A DNA stretch of 32,000 nt from Telmatocola sphagniphila (GCF_018398935.1 NZ_CP074694.1:5130001-5162000), one strand, 5' to 3'. Positions 1 to 9,478 are shown, numbered from the stretch's first letter. The notes: a model not told the origin generated them from the letters alone. Numbers and translations are program-made.

Positions 1-2
1 CC

Positions 3-1667
3 TGGTGCATTGTTCTATCGGGCGTCTGTGCGCTCGGTGGCTCGCTGGCCGCCGCCATTCTCCCGGCCTGGCGGGCAACACGGGTGAATCCCTTGGAGGC
101 CATGGCTCCCCGGCGACCGATCCACTCCGGCCGGCTTCCGCTTCTGATGACAATCAGCGGTTTACTCTTAATTGCCATTAATCCGCTGGTAATCTTTGTG
201 ATTCCCATGCAGGATACGTCGCGCTATGCCATCGCGGCGGCCATCGGTTACACGACTCAAATCATCGGCTTCGTGTGCCTGGCTCCGCTAGCTATTATTT
301 TCACCGAACGTTTACTCGGTCCGCTTCTGGCTCGATTGCTGCGCTTGAATCGTCGTTTACTGGCCACGCAGCTTTCCTCCAACATGTGGCGAACGGCCGG
401 CACTACCGTGACTCTAACCATAGGCCTCGGTCTGTTTGTCGCTACCCAGACCTGGGGCTATTCCATGTTAGCCCCCTTCACACCCGGCGAGTGGGCTCCC
501 GATCTGCTCGTTTATATTTCCCGGGGGGGCGTTCCCGATTCGGAGATCGACGCCGTGCGAAACGTACCGGGAGTGATTCCCGAAAAGTTTCTGCCGCTGG
601 CCGTCAAGCAGGTGAAGTTCGCGGAGGATATCACCGGTTTCAAAATTCGCCCCTCGGCCACCCGGCAGGACACGTGCGTGATGGTCGGCGTGGATCCCGA
701 TCTCGCACTCGGTGGCGAACATCCGCTCTTTCCATTTCAATTCGTCGAAGGGTCTCCCTCGGAAGCGATTCAGAAATTGAAGCAGGGCCGTTATTGTCTG
801 GTGCCCGATCATTTCACCCGAGAATCGGGCTTGGGGGTGGGACAGAAGTTTGCCGTCCTGACCTCCGAGGACCGGGGACAGACCGTGGAATACGTGATAG
901 CGGGCGTTGTCTCCATGCCCGGCTGGCACTGGTTATCCAAAACCGGTTTCCGGCGCGGCCGGGCGGCCGGACTGATGTTCGGCAACTTCGATACAGTGCG
1001 GGCCGATTTCAAGACCGGTCCGACCACAATGTTCTGGGGAAATACCAATGGCAAGGCCTCGAACGAACAAATCAAGGCGTCGATTCAAGCGATCGTCGAT
1101 CGCCGATCGATGGAAAATCCGAAAGCGATCCCGAGTCCGACCACGACTCGAGCTGGTACCCCGCGCCGCGATCTTTCCAAAACTTCCGTGACTCTGCAAA
1201 CGGCCCAGGAAGAGCGCGATGAGGTACGCGACCGCGCCGACAAGATTATCTGGGCTCTCAGTGAGCTTCCTCTAGTTACTCTGCTGGTAACCTCCTTGGG
1301 TTTAATCAACACCGTTCTGTCTTCCATTCGAGCCCGCCGTTGGGATCTGGGGGTGTTGCGGGCATTAGGTGTAACGCGCTTCGGTTTGTTTCGGTTAATA
1401 GTCGCGGAATCGATTTTGATAGGAGTGGTGGCGATATTGCTGAGCCTGGGTTTCGGTACGCTGGCCGGGTATTGCGGCACGGGGGTAACGCGTTATGTGA
1501 ATATTCGCGGCGGACAGTATACGCCGATGGTGATTCCGTGGGCTCAATTAGCGGAGGGTTTTGCGATTGCGCTTTCACTCTGTTTGCTGGCAGCGATTTG
1601 GCCCGCGTTTAGAACGGGCCGAACGGAGCCCTTGCGGTTGTTGCAGGCTGGCCGCGCCGCAGGGTGA
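3..1667 (+). CDS. ABC transporter permease, FtsX/MacB type (5' end lies outside the window)
   Basis: The frame is open from base 3. The first residues, WCIVLSGVCALGGSLAAAILPAWRATRVNPLEAM, look like the end of an FtsX domain. A second FtsX-type ending (LLAAIWPAFRTGRTEPLRLLQ) closes the protein. Hydrophobic TM helices flank a large soluble loop, consistent with a two-FtsX-domain permease. The GTG at 84 in the ORF track is probably internal. Confidence 0.75.
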   Translation, partial: WCIVLSGVCALGGSLAAAILPAWRATRVNPLEAMAPRRPIHSGRLPLLMTISGLLLIAINPLVIFVIPMQDTSRYAIAAAIGYTTQIIGFVCLAPLAIIFTERLLGPLLARLLRLNRRLLATQLSSNMWRTAGTTVTLTIGLGLFVATQTWGYSMLAPFTPGEWAPDLLVYISRGGVPDSEIDAVRNVPGVIPEKFLPLAVKQVKFAEDITGFKIRPSATRQDTCVMVGVDPDLALGGEHPLFPFQFVEGSPSEAIQKLKQGRYCLVPDHFTRESGLGVGQKFAVLTSEDRGQTVEYVIAGVVSMPGWHWLSKTGFRRGRAAGLMFGNFDTVRADFKTGPTTMFWGNTNGKASNEQIKASIQAIVDRRSMENPKAIPSPTTTRAGTPRRDLSKTSVTLQTAQEERDEVRDRADKIIWALSELPLVTLLVTSLGLINTVLSSIRARRWDLGVLRALGVTRFGLFRLIVAESILIGVVAILLSLGFGTLAGYCGTGVTRYVNIRGGQYTPMVIPWAQLAEGFAIALSLCLLAAIWPAFRTGRTEPLRLLQAGRAAG

Positions 1668-1723
1668 GGGGTGAGTAGCTCAGATTCGCGGATAGATTTT
1701 TAGGTTTTAATCAAGGATGAGTG

Positions 1724-1747
1724 ATTTCGATTTGAGCTCGAAATTTT
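1724..1747. terminator. weak AT-rich hairpin between convergent genes (possible bidirectional terminator)
   Basis: atttcga (1724-1730), 7-nt loop, tcgaaat (1738-1744), followed by ttt. It lies between the permease stop (1667) and the stop of the minus-strand 146-aa ORF (1773). Confidence 0.3.
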
Positions 1748-1772
1748 AAGATCGTTCCATCGATAAAAAGGT

Positions 1773-2213
1773 TTAGTCATCCCATCCGGAACTCACCGGC
1801 AGGCCGTTTTTGAAAATTACCCAATAACCCACGTACTCATCGGCGGGGTGTCGAAAGTCAATTTGAAACGATGAGTCGCCATACAGCCAAAGTCCACAAG
1901 GTTCCACATCTCCAGGTTCAAGTTTTATCCACGATTTACCATCATTTTGAGCCAAAAAATACTTTCGCGCATGCTGAGTTAGAATTTCCAAATTTTTAAA
2001 TAGGTCTAATACTTGCTCTGCATGATCTTGTGTCGGTGGACCTTCAACACTTTCGATTGTCAATAACAGATCATCTTTTTCGCCATCCCAGAAGCGGTTA
2101 TCCGCAGACGAAAAATCGCCTAATCTGGGAACGGTGCAAAAAACTCTACGAGCCTCTCTTCGTCGGTGATCCCGGAAGCTCTTAGTAATCGTGACAATAA
2201 GATATGCGATCAT
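1773..2213 (-). CDS. hypothetical protein (146 aa)
   Basis: Clean ORF in a low-GC stretch with non-repetitive, protein-like composition. I recognise no motif. An IS element is inserted about 20 bp upstream of its start. Confidence 0.45.
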   Translation of the reverse strand: MIAYLIVTITKSFRDHRRREARRVFCTVPRLGDFSSADNRFWDGEKDDLLLTIESVEGPPTQDHAEQVLDLFKNLEILTQHARKYFLAQNDGKSWIKLEPGDVEPCGLWLYGDSSFQIDFRHPADEYVGYWVIFKNGLPVSSGWDD

Positions 2214-2234
2214 CGAAAGGGGTATCAGTACTAG

Positions 2235-2256
2235 TCCTTAAAACAGCGTAGTTTTT
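2235..2256. repeat. IS left terminal inverted repeat
   Basis: Matches the reverse complement of 4070-4091 at 18 of 22 positions, aligned by hand. Confidence 0.7.
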
Positions 2257-2363
2257 TGGGGAATTGTTTCGATTTATCGAAGAAAGCTCGAAATCCTTTT
2301 TGTTTTCTGCGGTTTGTGTAAGTAACCGCTTAACAAATCGACAGTCGCAAAAAGGAGTTTCGA

Positions 2364-3894
2364 GTGAATGTTATTTTCGGACGTTGGTTTCAAAAATGCA
2401 AGAGTCGAATCGAACGTCGCCTGGCTAAGCGAGAGGCCGCGATGACCTTCGCTCCTTCTTTCGACGCCTCCAACATTCATTACGAAGTCTCCGAACGCGT
2501 GGGGGCGATCAGTTGCGGAGGCCTCGGGGCCATGCACCTTCTGGCCCGGCGTATCGGACTGATCGACGACATCGACGAGAAGCTGCATCTGCTCCAATTT
2601 CAAAGGCCTTACTCGGAATCGGACCACGTGTTGGCCATCGCTTACAATTCCCTTTGCGGGGGTACCTGCCTGCAAGACATGGAACTGCGTCGCACGGACG
2701 AAAACTTTCTCAACGCCTTGGGCACTCAGCGTTTTCCCGACCCGACTACTTCGGGCGACTTTTGTCGACGCTTCGATAGTGGCAGCATCCAGGCTTTGAT
2801 CGACGCTTTCAACCAGACCCGTTTACGCGTCTGGTCGAAGCAACCCGATTCCTTTTGGGAATGCGCGAAGATCGACGCCGACGGCAGCTTTACCCAAACG
2901 CGTGGCGAGCGTAAAGCGGGGATGGACATCAACTATAACAGAGACTGGTGTTACCACCCCCTGGCGGTGACCCTGGCCAACACCGGTGAGACGCTGAGCA
3001 TCGTCAACCGTCCCGGCAATCGCCCTTCGCACGAAGGGGCCGCGGTCGAACTCGACCGGGCTCTTTTGCTGTGCCTTCAAGCGGGCTTTCGCAGGATCGT
3101 CTTTCGCGGCGACACCGATTTCTCGCAGACCACTCGCCTCGACGGCTGGGATGCCAACGCCAAGGTACGCTTTTATTTCGGCTACGATTCGAAGCAAAAC
3201 CTCGAAGCAATCGCGGAAAAACTGCCGGAAGCGGCTTGGCACAAGCTCGAGCTGTCCCGCGCAATACTCGGCGAAAGCGAAGTTGCGACACCGACGGGAA
3301 AACACCAAGGAGCGGATCGTCCAAGAGCGGGAATTCGTAAATGTGAAGTTGATCTCCGAAGCGGTGGCCGAGTTCGAGTACCAACCGACCGCTTGCCGAA
3401 GGGCGTATCGCCTGGTGGTGATTCGCAAGAATCTTTCCGTGGAAAAAGGCGAATCCGTTCTGTATCCGGACGAACGCTATTTCTTCTACATCACCAACGA
3501 CCGGGAGTGCACGGCCGCCGAAGTCGTCTACGAAGCCAACGATCGCTGCAATCAGGAAAATCTGATAGCGCAGCTCAAGGGCGGTTGCCGGGCCTTGCAC
3601 GCGCCGCTGCACGATCTGGAAAGCAATTGGGCGTACATGGTGATGGCCTCCCTGGCCTGGAACTTGAAAGCCTGGTGGGCCTTGACGTTGCCGGAAACTC
3701 CTGGTCGCTGGCGGGAAAAGCATCGGGACCAGAAGCAGTCGGTTTTGAAAATGGAATTCAAAACCTTCCTCAATGCTTTCATGCTTCTGCCTTGTCAGAT
3801 CGTCCGGAAGGCCGGCCGCATCGTCTATCGATTGCTCGGCTGGAACCCGCACTTGCCAATCTTCTTCCGACTACTGAAAGCACTGAGGTGCTGA
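2364..3894 (+). pseudogene. IS1380-family DDE transposase, frameshifted
   Basis: The N-terminal two thirds are in the 2364 frame (…PYSESDHVLAIAYNSLCGGTCLQDMELRRTDENFLNALGTQRFPDPTTSGDFCRRF…DADGS…FRGDTDF). The C-terminal third is in the 3151-3894 frame (RENTKERIVQEREF…YFFYITND…YEANDRCNQENLIAQLKGG…). The frames switch between 3250 and 3258 (HKLE | PAQYSAK). After that point the 2364 frame becomes R/G/S-rich nonsense. Confidence 0.8.
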
Positions 3895-4069
3895 TCGTTC
3901 GACCGACTGAAGTCGGGATCCGGATGTCCCGATCCGATAAAACGCCGAGAGCTATTCGCGGAAAGGAAGAATGTTTGAAAAATAGAAGTATGCGTTCGGC
4001 CGAGCGAAAAGCTCCGGCGTGGGGGACTCATCGAACTATCTCGCTAAAACTCCCCACGGAATTGGCATC

Positions 4070-4091
4070 AAAAACTTCGCTTGTTTGAGGA
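4070..4091. repeat. IS right terminal inverted repeat
   Basis: Reverse complement tcctcaaacaagcgaagttttt pairs with 2235-2256. Confidence 0.7.
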
Positions 4092-4272
4092 CTAGTAGGA
4101 TGGTTGTAGTCTGTAATCCCAGTTCAAGCCAGTTGAATTTGTTCATGGGAGGAGCTTATATGATTGTTTGTAGATTATCTCAGAATCTATAATAAGCATT
4201 AGATTTCGTAGCACTCAAAATTTACCATGGGTGTAATCGTGATTAATAAAAATAAACGCCAGTCTCAAAAAA

Positions 4273-4665
4273 TTATCTATTCAGATTTCGAATCGCGTTC
4301 AGATCTTCTTCGGCAGGAAGAATATTAGCGGCGCGCTCTTTAGGCAGCTTTCGTCGAGTAATGTCGTACCAGACTTCCTCTGGTCCGCAGCCTTCTAAAT
4401 CCAGTAAATCGAGAACCCCAACGAATTCGAAGTACACCATTCCGCCGACGGAATTTTTGTAACTATGTTCTTCCTTCTTTCCGTACTTCTTAGCGTACAC
4501 AAGAGCCGCTCGAGCTGATTTTGCAGTAAAAACAATAATGCGCTCCTCACAAAGCCGAATAATTTCGGAATCGCCCGAACCTTCTACTCTGTATTGGAAA
4601 AGAAATTTCGCCGAGAATCGCAATACGTTTTTCATTAACCATGAATCTCCCGCATATTTTCTCAT
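4273..4665 (-). CDS. DUF4288-like hypothetical protein (130 aa)
   Basis: The pattern FSAKFLFQYRVEG…EERIIVFTAKSARAALVYAKKYGKKEEHSYKNSVGGMVYFEFVGVLDLLDL…EVWYDI resembles the DUF4288 family as I remember it. Not searched. Confidence 0.5.
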   Translation of the reverse strand: MRKYAGDSWLMKNVLRFSAKFLFQYRVEGSGDSEIIRLCEERIIVFTAKSARAALVYAKKYGKKEEHSYKNSVGGMVYFEFVGVLDLLDLEGCGPEEVWYDITRRKLPKERAANILPAEEDLNAIRNLNR

Positions 4666-4673
4666 TGAAATAT

Positions 4674-5285
4674 TTAGGTCATCTTCGATCGATTGCGAGT
4701 TGTCGCTTCAAAGTATTCAACCCATTCACGCTGCTCTTGTGTATCCGGGACGGATCGGCCTCGAGCTTCCGTCAGCCAAGTAAACGCTTTGGTGGAACTG
4801 ACGCCCTGAAGAACGAGATAGGCTGCTAGAAGCATACTAGATCGGCCAATTCCCTGTCGGCAGTGAAATGCGATTCGACTATCGTTTGCAGATAAAATAG
4901 TTAATTTCTCCAGCAATTCAGTAACGAAATCCATCGATTCGGGAAGTCCGCGATCTGGTATGGGACAAGCGAAGAAACCGATCCCAAAACTTTCACATAT
5001 TAGCCTTTCACTGGTTAATTCCAATTCTTTTCTTCGGCTGCTGTGAGACAAGAAACTAGGGTTTTAACTCCGGAATTCGCCAGCGAGAGAATATCTGTTT
5101 CAAGCCATTCTCCGCCGCGAGATCGAGTCATTAGGGCGACCTTTTCCTGCGAATAGGTATTCAGCCAGTAAAGCTCCATCGAAATTGCACCCCCTTATTC
5201 GCTTTCCGATTTCAATCTGCGCTCGTACTCCTTTGCGGGCCCCGGGTATTCCGGCTGTCGAACCATTTAAGAAATTCCTCGGCAT
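4674..5285 (-). pseudogene. dual-specificity (Cys-based) protein phosphatase, disrupted by two frameshifts
   Basis: The CX5R active site HCRQGIGRS is in the 4674-5051 ORF. Upstream pieces of the same protein lie in two other frames: …FAGKGRPNDSIS (frame of 5100-5285), then RGGEWLETDILSLANSGVKTLVSCLTAAEEK (third frame), then ELELTSERL… (4674-5051 frame). The shifts sit near 5115 and near 5030, the latter in an A-run gaagaaaag. Confidence 0.7.
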
Positions 5286-5305
5286 CCACTAACAGGCTGT
5301 CGCTC

Positions 5306-5524
5306 TTACAGAAAGTGCTTCGAATCAACTTTAGACGATTCATAAGGAACGGTAGGTGCTTCCGACGGTTCCTGCAGAACAACGAGTCTATCCGCCTGAT
5401 CAATCAAGCTGTTTAGATCTTTAGGCTCGACATGATCTCGGGGAAAATTGGGAAAACGAGAGAAGAAAATCAAAAGTATCAGGACTGAAACGGCTGTCGG
5501 CAGCACAGAGATTCGCCGTTTCAT
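5306..5524 (-). CDS. small hypothetical protein with N-terminal signal/anchor (72 aa from the internal ATG)
   Basis: MKRRISVLPTAVSVLILLIFF is a basic N-terminus followed by a hydrophobic helix. The longer ORF start at 5575 adds an unlikely leader. No homology recognised. Confidence 0.3.
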   Translation of the reverse strand: MKRRISVLPTAVSVLILLIFFSRFPNFPRDHVEPKDLNSLIDQADRLVVLQEPSEAPTVPYESSKVDSKHFL

Positions 5525-5635
5525 GGAAGACCCCACTTGAGGCTTGGACACGCACTCGAATCTTAAAGGGCCCACAGGAACACGTCAATCGCCTAATGAG
5601 GTACCGAAGAGTCTAAATTTGGAAGATTCCCCCAC

Positions 5636-5787
5636 CCTCTGACAATAAACAGACAATTCCAGAGAAGGGGCTACAAACGACAAAACCCCTGATTTCTCAA
5701 GGGTTTAGTGACCTACGGTCATCTTGCGACAGGTTGGACCAAAACGAGGATGACGGGACTCGAACCCGCAACCTCCGCCGTGACAGG
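5636..5787. repeat. attL: left copy of the 152-bp island-flanking direct repeat
   Basis: Aligns without gaps to 31041-31192 (offset 25,405 bp). There are five mismatches: 5664, 5717, 5719, 5738 and 5739. Confidence 0.9.
5745..5787 (-). other. displaced 3' fragment of tRNA-Asp (positions 32-74, no 5' half)
   Basis: 43 nt identical to 31150-31192 of the intact tRNA gene. Similarity stops at 5788, which corresponds to the last base of the anticodon-stem 5' strand. Confidence 0.9.
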
Positions 5788-6289
5788 CCCCTAACTCTAT
5801 CGGCACAAGTATCTATTCCAGAAGCGGTTACGTCAAGTTCACCATCCGTGCATCACGACAGCATCCATAAAGAATTTGAACGCCTGTGTCTTATGGATCC
5901 CAGTTTCTTGAAACTCGTAGACAACTGGTCTCGGCTCACCGTAGTTCAATACTATCGAATCCTGGCGATTATCAATGAAATCGATGGAAAATCTGAGGAA
6001 GTCTAAACCAACGTACATAGTTTGGTGGATCGAAACTGTCCAAAATGGACAGGCATTCGGGGTTTTCGACCCTAGAGAGAATCGGATTTCGAAGATCGGG
6101 ATTCGATTTTCCAAAGATCCAAAATTCGCCATTCCAATGCTTGGAAAGGAAGAAGAACTTTGGTATGGTTTCTAGGGTCGTGTCGATCTTGAACTTTGGT
6201 CGCACAATATGAGGTTCTCGCTGTAAGCAAAATAACCAGCAAAAATACGCCTAACGCCACCGATTTTCGGATCGTGAAGCAAATCAAGC

Positions 6290-9200
6290 ATGCCTAACAC
6301 AAACTCAATCGCACTTCATCCCGAACCCGGCCAGATGGTCAGCGTCCGGTCCCGGAATTGGATGGTCACGGATGTTTCCACCAGCACGCTCCCTCCCGAA
6401 CGCCTCCAAACTGGCCTGGAATCGCCCCAGCATCTCATTACGCTCTCTTCTGTAGAAGATGACGGCTTGGGCGAAGAACTGAACGTTATTTGGGAACTGG
6501 AGCCTGGGGCCAGAGTGGCCGAAAAGGTTGCCCTGCCCGAACCCACGGGATTCGATCCGCCAGACCAGCTTGATGCCTTTCTTGATGCTGTCCGCTGGGG
6601 AGCTTCCTCGTCGGCTGATCTCCGCAACATCCAAGCTCCGTTTAGAGCGGGCATCGACATCGAAGACTACCAGCTTGATCCGGTCGTCCGTGCGATTCAG
6701 ATGCCACGGGTCAACCTCCTGGTTGCTGACGACGTAGGCCTCGGCAAGACCATTGAAGCGGGCATGGTGGCGCTGGAACTCATCATCCGTCACCGCACCC
6801 GAAAGATTCTGATCGTCTGCCCAGCCTCGCTCCAGGTGCAATGGCAGGAGCAGATGCGGGACAAATTCGGCCTCGATTTCCGAATCGTAAACTCCTCGAT
6901 GATGGGAATTCTACGCCGCAGCCGGGGCATCCACGTCAATCCATGGAACCATTTCCCCCGCCTCATCACTAGCATCGACTTTCTCAAACGAGAACGGCCA
7001 CTACGGCTGTTCCGGGAACTTTTGCCGGGGCCGGACGAGCCAGCGTTCCCTCGCAAGTTCGACTTGTTGATCGTGGACGAGGCACATAACTGTGCACCAT
7101 CGGGGGTAGGCCGCTACGCCACGGACTCGATGCGGACCCAGGCCCTAAGACTTCTCGTGCCGCATTTTGAACACAAGCTGTTCCTCACGGCCACGCCACA
7201 CAATGGCTACCCGGAGAGTTTTTCGGCATTGCTCGAACTGCTCGACAATCAGCGCTTTGCTCGAAGTACTCCACTTGATCGAAAGCAGCTCAATGCCGTC
7301 ATGGTCCGACGGATGAAATCAGAATTGCCACCAAAATGGGACGGTTCTCCCCGATTTCCAAAACGGGCTTTAGAGCCTATTGAAGTTCCGTACACCGACG
7401 AAGAACGGGCCGTCCACACTGCTCTCCGGGAATATGCAGAACTCCGGGTCGAGCGATCTCAGGACAACTCCGAGAAGCTGGCCACCGAGTTCGTTCTCAA
7501 GACACTGAAGAAGCGACTTTTCTCTAGCCCGGCTGCGTTCCTGACCACTCTCGATTCTCACGAAAAATCTCTCCGACAAGCCAAGCGTGGCAAGGCCGTC
7601 CGTAAGCCCTCCGTCAGTATCTTGAAGCAGGAACTCGACCGAATTGATGAAGATTACGCCGACGACAACGAGTACGATGAAGCCACGAGCGACGCAGTGA
7701 ATGCCGCCTCATTGCTATTCAGTCAACCATCCGAGCAGGAATTGGCCCTGTTGAAAAAGATGCGGGCCTGGGCGGAAAAAGCATCTGGCCAACTCGATTC
7801 GAAGGTGAATTGTCTGATCGAATGGCTCAACACGCATATTCGTCCCAATAAGAAGTGGAGTCACGAGCGAGTCATCCTTTTCACGGAATACCGGGCTACA
7901 CTGAATTGGCTCAAAGAAGTCCTGGCCCAGCACGGCTTCACCAAAGACGACCGCCTTCTGACCATGTACGGCGGTATGGACCTGGATGAGCGGGAGGAAG
8001 TCAAGAATGCTTTCCAATCTGGACCCGAAGAAAGCAACGTACGGATCCTACTTGCCACCGACGCTGCCGCGGAAGGTTTAAACCTTCAGAACCATTGCTA
8101 CCGACTCATCCATTACGAAATCCCGTGGAACCCAAACCGGCTAGAACAACGTAACGGGCGTATTGACCGTCACGGTCAGAAGGGCTTCCTCACCGCCAAC
8201 GGTGAACGGCAGGTCTTCGTGTATCACTTCGTCGGCCAAGGCTACAGAAATAGACAACAATCGGCGTTCTCCCCCAAAGCATCAGACTTGGACGCCGATC
8301 TGGAGTTCCTGATGCGGGTGGCTCAGAAGGTTGAAACGATCCGGGAAGATCTGGGCAGTTACGGCACAGTGCTGGCTGATGATGTCGAGCAGGCCATGCT
8401 CGGGCGCGGTTACTCGATGCCAGGTGTCAGCCGAGCAGACTCCAAGGTTGAACCGGTCCGCAAGATGCTCAAATTCGAGCGAGACTTGGCCAAGCAAATC
8501 CGCGAACTTCTCGAACAATACCGGGACACACAGCGGGAACTCCGTCTATCGCCCGAGAATATCCAGAAGGTCGTCGAGGTTGGGCTTACTTTGGCCGAGC
8601 AGCCCGCTCTGATTCCCATCAAGCATCCATCGGGTAAGCCAGTATTCCAGCTACCCGCCTTGAAGCACAGTTGGGCCGCCTGCAGAGAAGGCCTGGAGCA
8701 TCCGCACACCGGGGTCGTTCGCCCGATCACGTTCGATCATACGGCTGCTGATGGCCGGGATGATCTCGTACTGATTCACCTGAATCACCGCCTTGTTCAG
8801 ATGAGTCTGCGTTTGCTGCGTGCAGAAGTCTGGTCCGTGAAGGGCCGTAAACGTCTTCACCGAATTACTGCTCGGCTCGTACCGGATTATGCTTTAAATT
8901 CTCCTGCGGTGATAGCACACGCAAGGCTGGTGGTAATCGGGGGCGATAGCCATCGGCTCCACGAAGAGATTATCACAGCGGGCGGGATGCTCAAAGAGGG
9001 CCGGTTATCTCGTCTCAATATCGGCGAGCTGGAAAAGCTTCTGTCGGTGGCCACGAGTGATGAACCTTACGAGCCGATGCAGAAACATCTGCTGAAGCTG
9101 TGGGACAAGTTCACGCCTGGACTTGCCCAGTCCCTTGAAGCTCGCATGAAGGATCGTACCAGCGGTTTACAGAAAAAGCTTGGCGAACGGGCAGAAAAGG

Positions 9201-9475
9201 AAGCCCAGGACATCACAGCTATTTTGCTCGAACTGAAGAAAGCCATCGACACCGAACTGGATGAACCGGAATACCAGCAGCTCTCTCTATTCGAAGATAA
9301 CGAAAAGGATCAGTTTGAACGGAACAAGGACTTCCTGCGGGACAGGTCGAAGGCGATCCCCGCTGAAATCGAACGGGAGACGGCGGCAATCAAGTCCCGC
9401 TATGCTGACCCGCAGCCCCGAATGTTCCCTGTGGCCGTGACGTTCCTCGTCCCTGAGAAGTTAGCAAAAGGATAA
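6290..9475 (+). CDS. drmD: SNF2-family helicase, DISARM class 1 DrmD-like (1061 aa)
   Basis: SNF2 motifs are present: LVADDVGLGKTIEAG (I), LLIVDEAHNC (II), FLTATPHNG (III), and the helicase-C region LLATDAAAEGLNLQ…YEIPWNPNRLEQRNGRIDRHGQK (V/VI). It lies in an operon with drmMI, drmA, drmB and drmC. Confidence 0.8.
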   Translation: MPNTNSIALHPEPGQMVSVRSRNWMVTDVSTSTLPPERLQTGLESPQHLITLSSVEDDGLGEELNVIWELEPGARVAEKVALPEPTGFDPPDQLDAFLDAVRWGASSSADLRNIQAPFRAGIDIEDYQLDPVVRAIQMPRVNLLVADDVGLGKTIEAGMVALELIIRHRTRKILIVCPASLQVQWQEQMRDKFGLDFRIVNSSMMGILRRSRGIHVNPWNHFPRLITSIDFLKRERPLRLFRELLPGPDEPAFPRKFDLLIVDEAHNCAPSGVGRYATDSMRTQALRLLVPHFEHKLFLTATPHNGYPESFSALLELLDNQRFARSTPLDRKQLNAVMVRRMKSELPPKWDGSPRFPKRALEPIEVPYTDEERAVHTALREYAELRVERSQDNSEKLATEFVLKTLKKRLFSSPAAFLTTLDSHEKSLRQAKRGKAVRKPSVSILKQELDRIDEDYADDNEYDEATSDAVNAASLLFSQPSEQELALLKKMRAWAEKASGQLDSKVNCLIEWLNTHIRPNKKWSHERVILFTEYRATLNWLKEVLAQHGFTKDDRLLTMYGGMDLDEREEVKNAFQSGPEESNVRILLATDAAAEGLNLQNHCYRLIHYEIPWNPNRLEQRNGRIDRHGQKGFLTANGERQVFVYHFVGQGYRNRQQSAFSPKASDLDADLEFLMRVAQKVETIREDLGSYGTVLADDVEQAMLGRGYSMPGVSRADSKVEPVRKMLKFERDLAKQIRELLEQYRDTQRELRLSPENIQKVVEVGLTLAEQPALIPIKHPSGKPVFQLPALKHSWAACREGLEHPHTGVVRPITFDHTAADGRDDLVLIHLNHRLVQMSLRLLRAEVWSVKGRKRLHRITARLVPDYALNSPAVIAHARLVVIGGDSHRLHEEIITAGGMLKEGRLSRLNIGELEKLLSVATSDEPYEPMQKHLLKLWDKFTPGLAQSLEARMKDRTSGLQKKLGERAEKEAQDITAILLELKKAIDTELDEPEYQQLSLFEDNEKDQFERNKDFLRDRSKAIPAEIERETAAIKSRYADPQPRMFPVAVTFLVPEKLAKG

Positions 9476-9478
9476 GCG

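Larger units (their letters stand above)
2235..4091 (+). mobile_element. IS1380-family insertion sequence (~1.86 kb) with an inactivated transposase
   Basis: Imperfect terminal inverted repeats: tccttaaaacagcgtagttttt at 2235-2256 matches the reverse complement of 4070-4091 at 18/22 positions. CTAG flanks both ends (2231-2234 and 4092-4095), consistent with a 4-bp target duplication. Because tactag/ctagta is palindromic, the true ends could instead be 2229/4097. It encloses a DDE transposase. Confidence 0.75.

Noticed and set aside
275-1612. Multiple overlapping ORFs on both strands inside the ABC permease gene (275-1222, 468-929, 1085-1480 and others)
   Set aside because: They have the Arg/Gly/Ser/Pro-rich composition typical of alternative frames in GC-rich coding DNA. 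The 3-1667 frame has coherent FtsX features.
2364-4088. Single 574-aa ORF taken at face value as the transposase
   Set aside because: After ~3255 its translation becomes R/G/S-rich nonsense. The conserved transposase C-terminus (YEANDRCNQENLIAQLK…) sits in the 3151-3894 frame, so the gene is frameshifted and ends at 3894.
5734-6006. 90-aa plus-strand ORF starting inside attL
   Set aside because: It begins within the att repeat and tRNA fragment and is the same frame as the integrase tail. It is best explained as the part of the int reading frame that is separated by integration, not as an independent gene.
5839-6287. Small ORFs at the island's left end (5839-6132 minus, 5975-6175 plus, 6072-6287 minus)
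   Set aside because: They mutually overlap, have no recognisable domains, and cannot be ranked against each other. They are left unannotated and flagged as a region to check.
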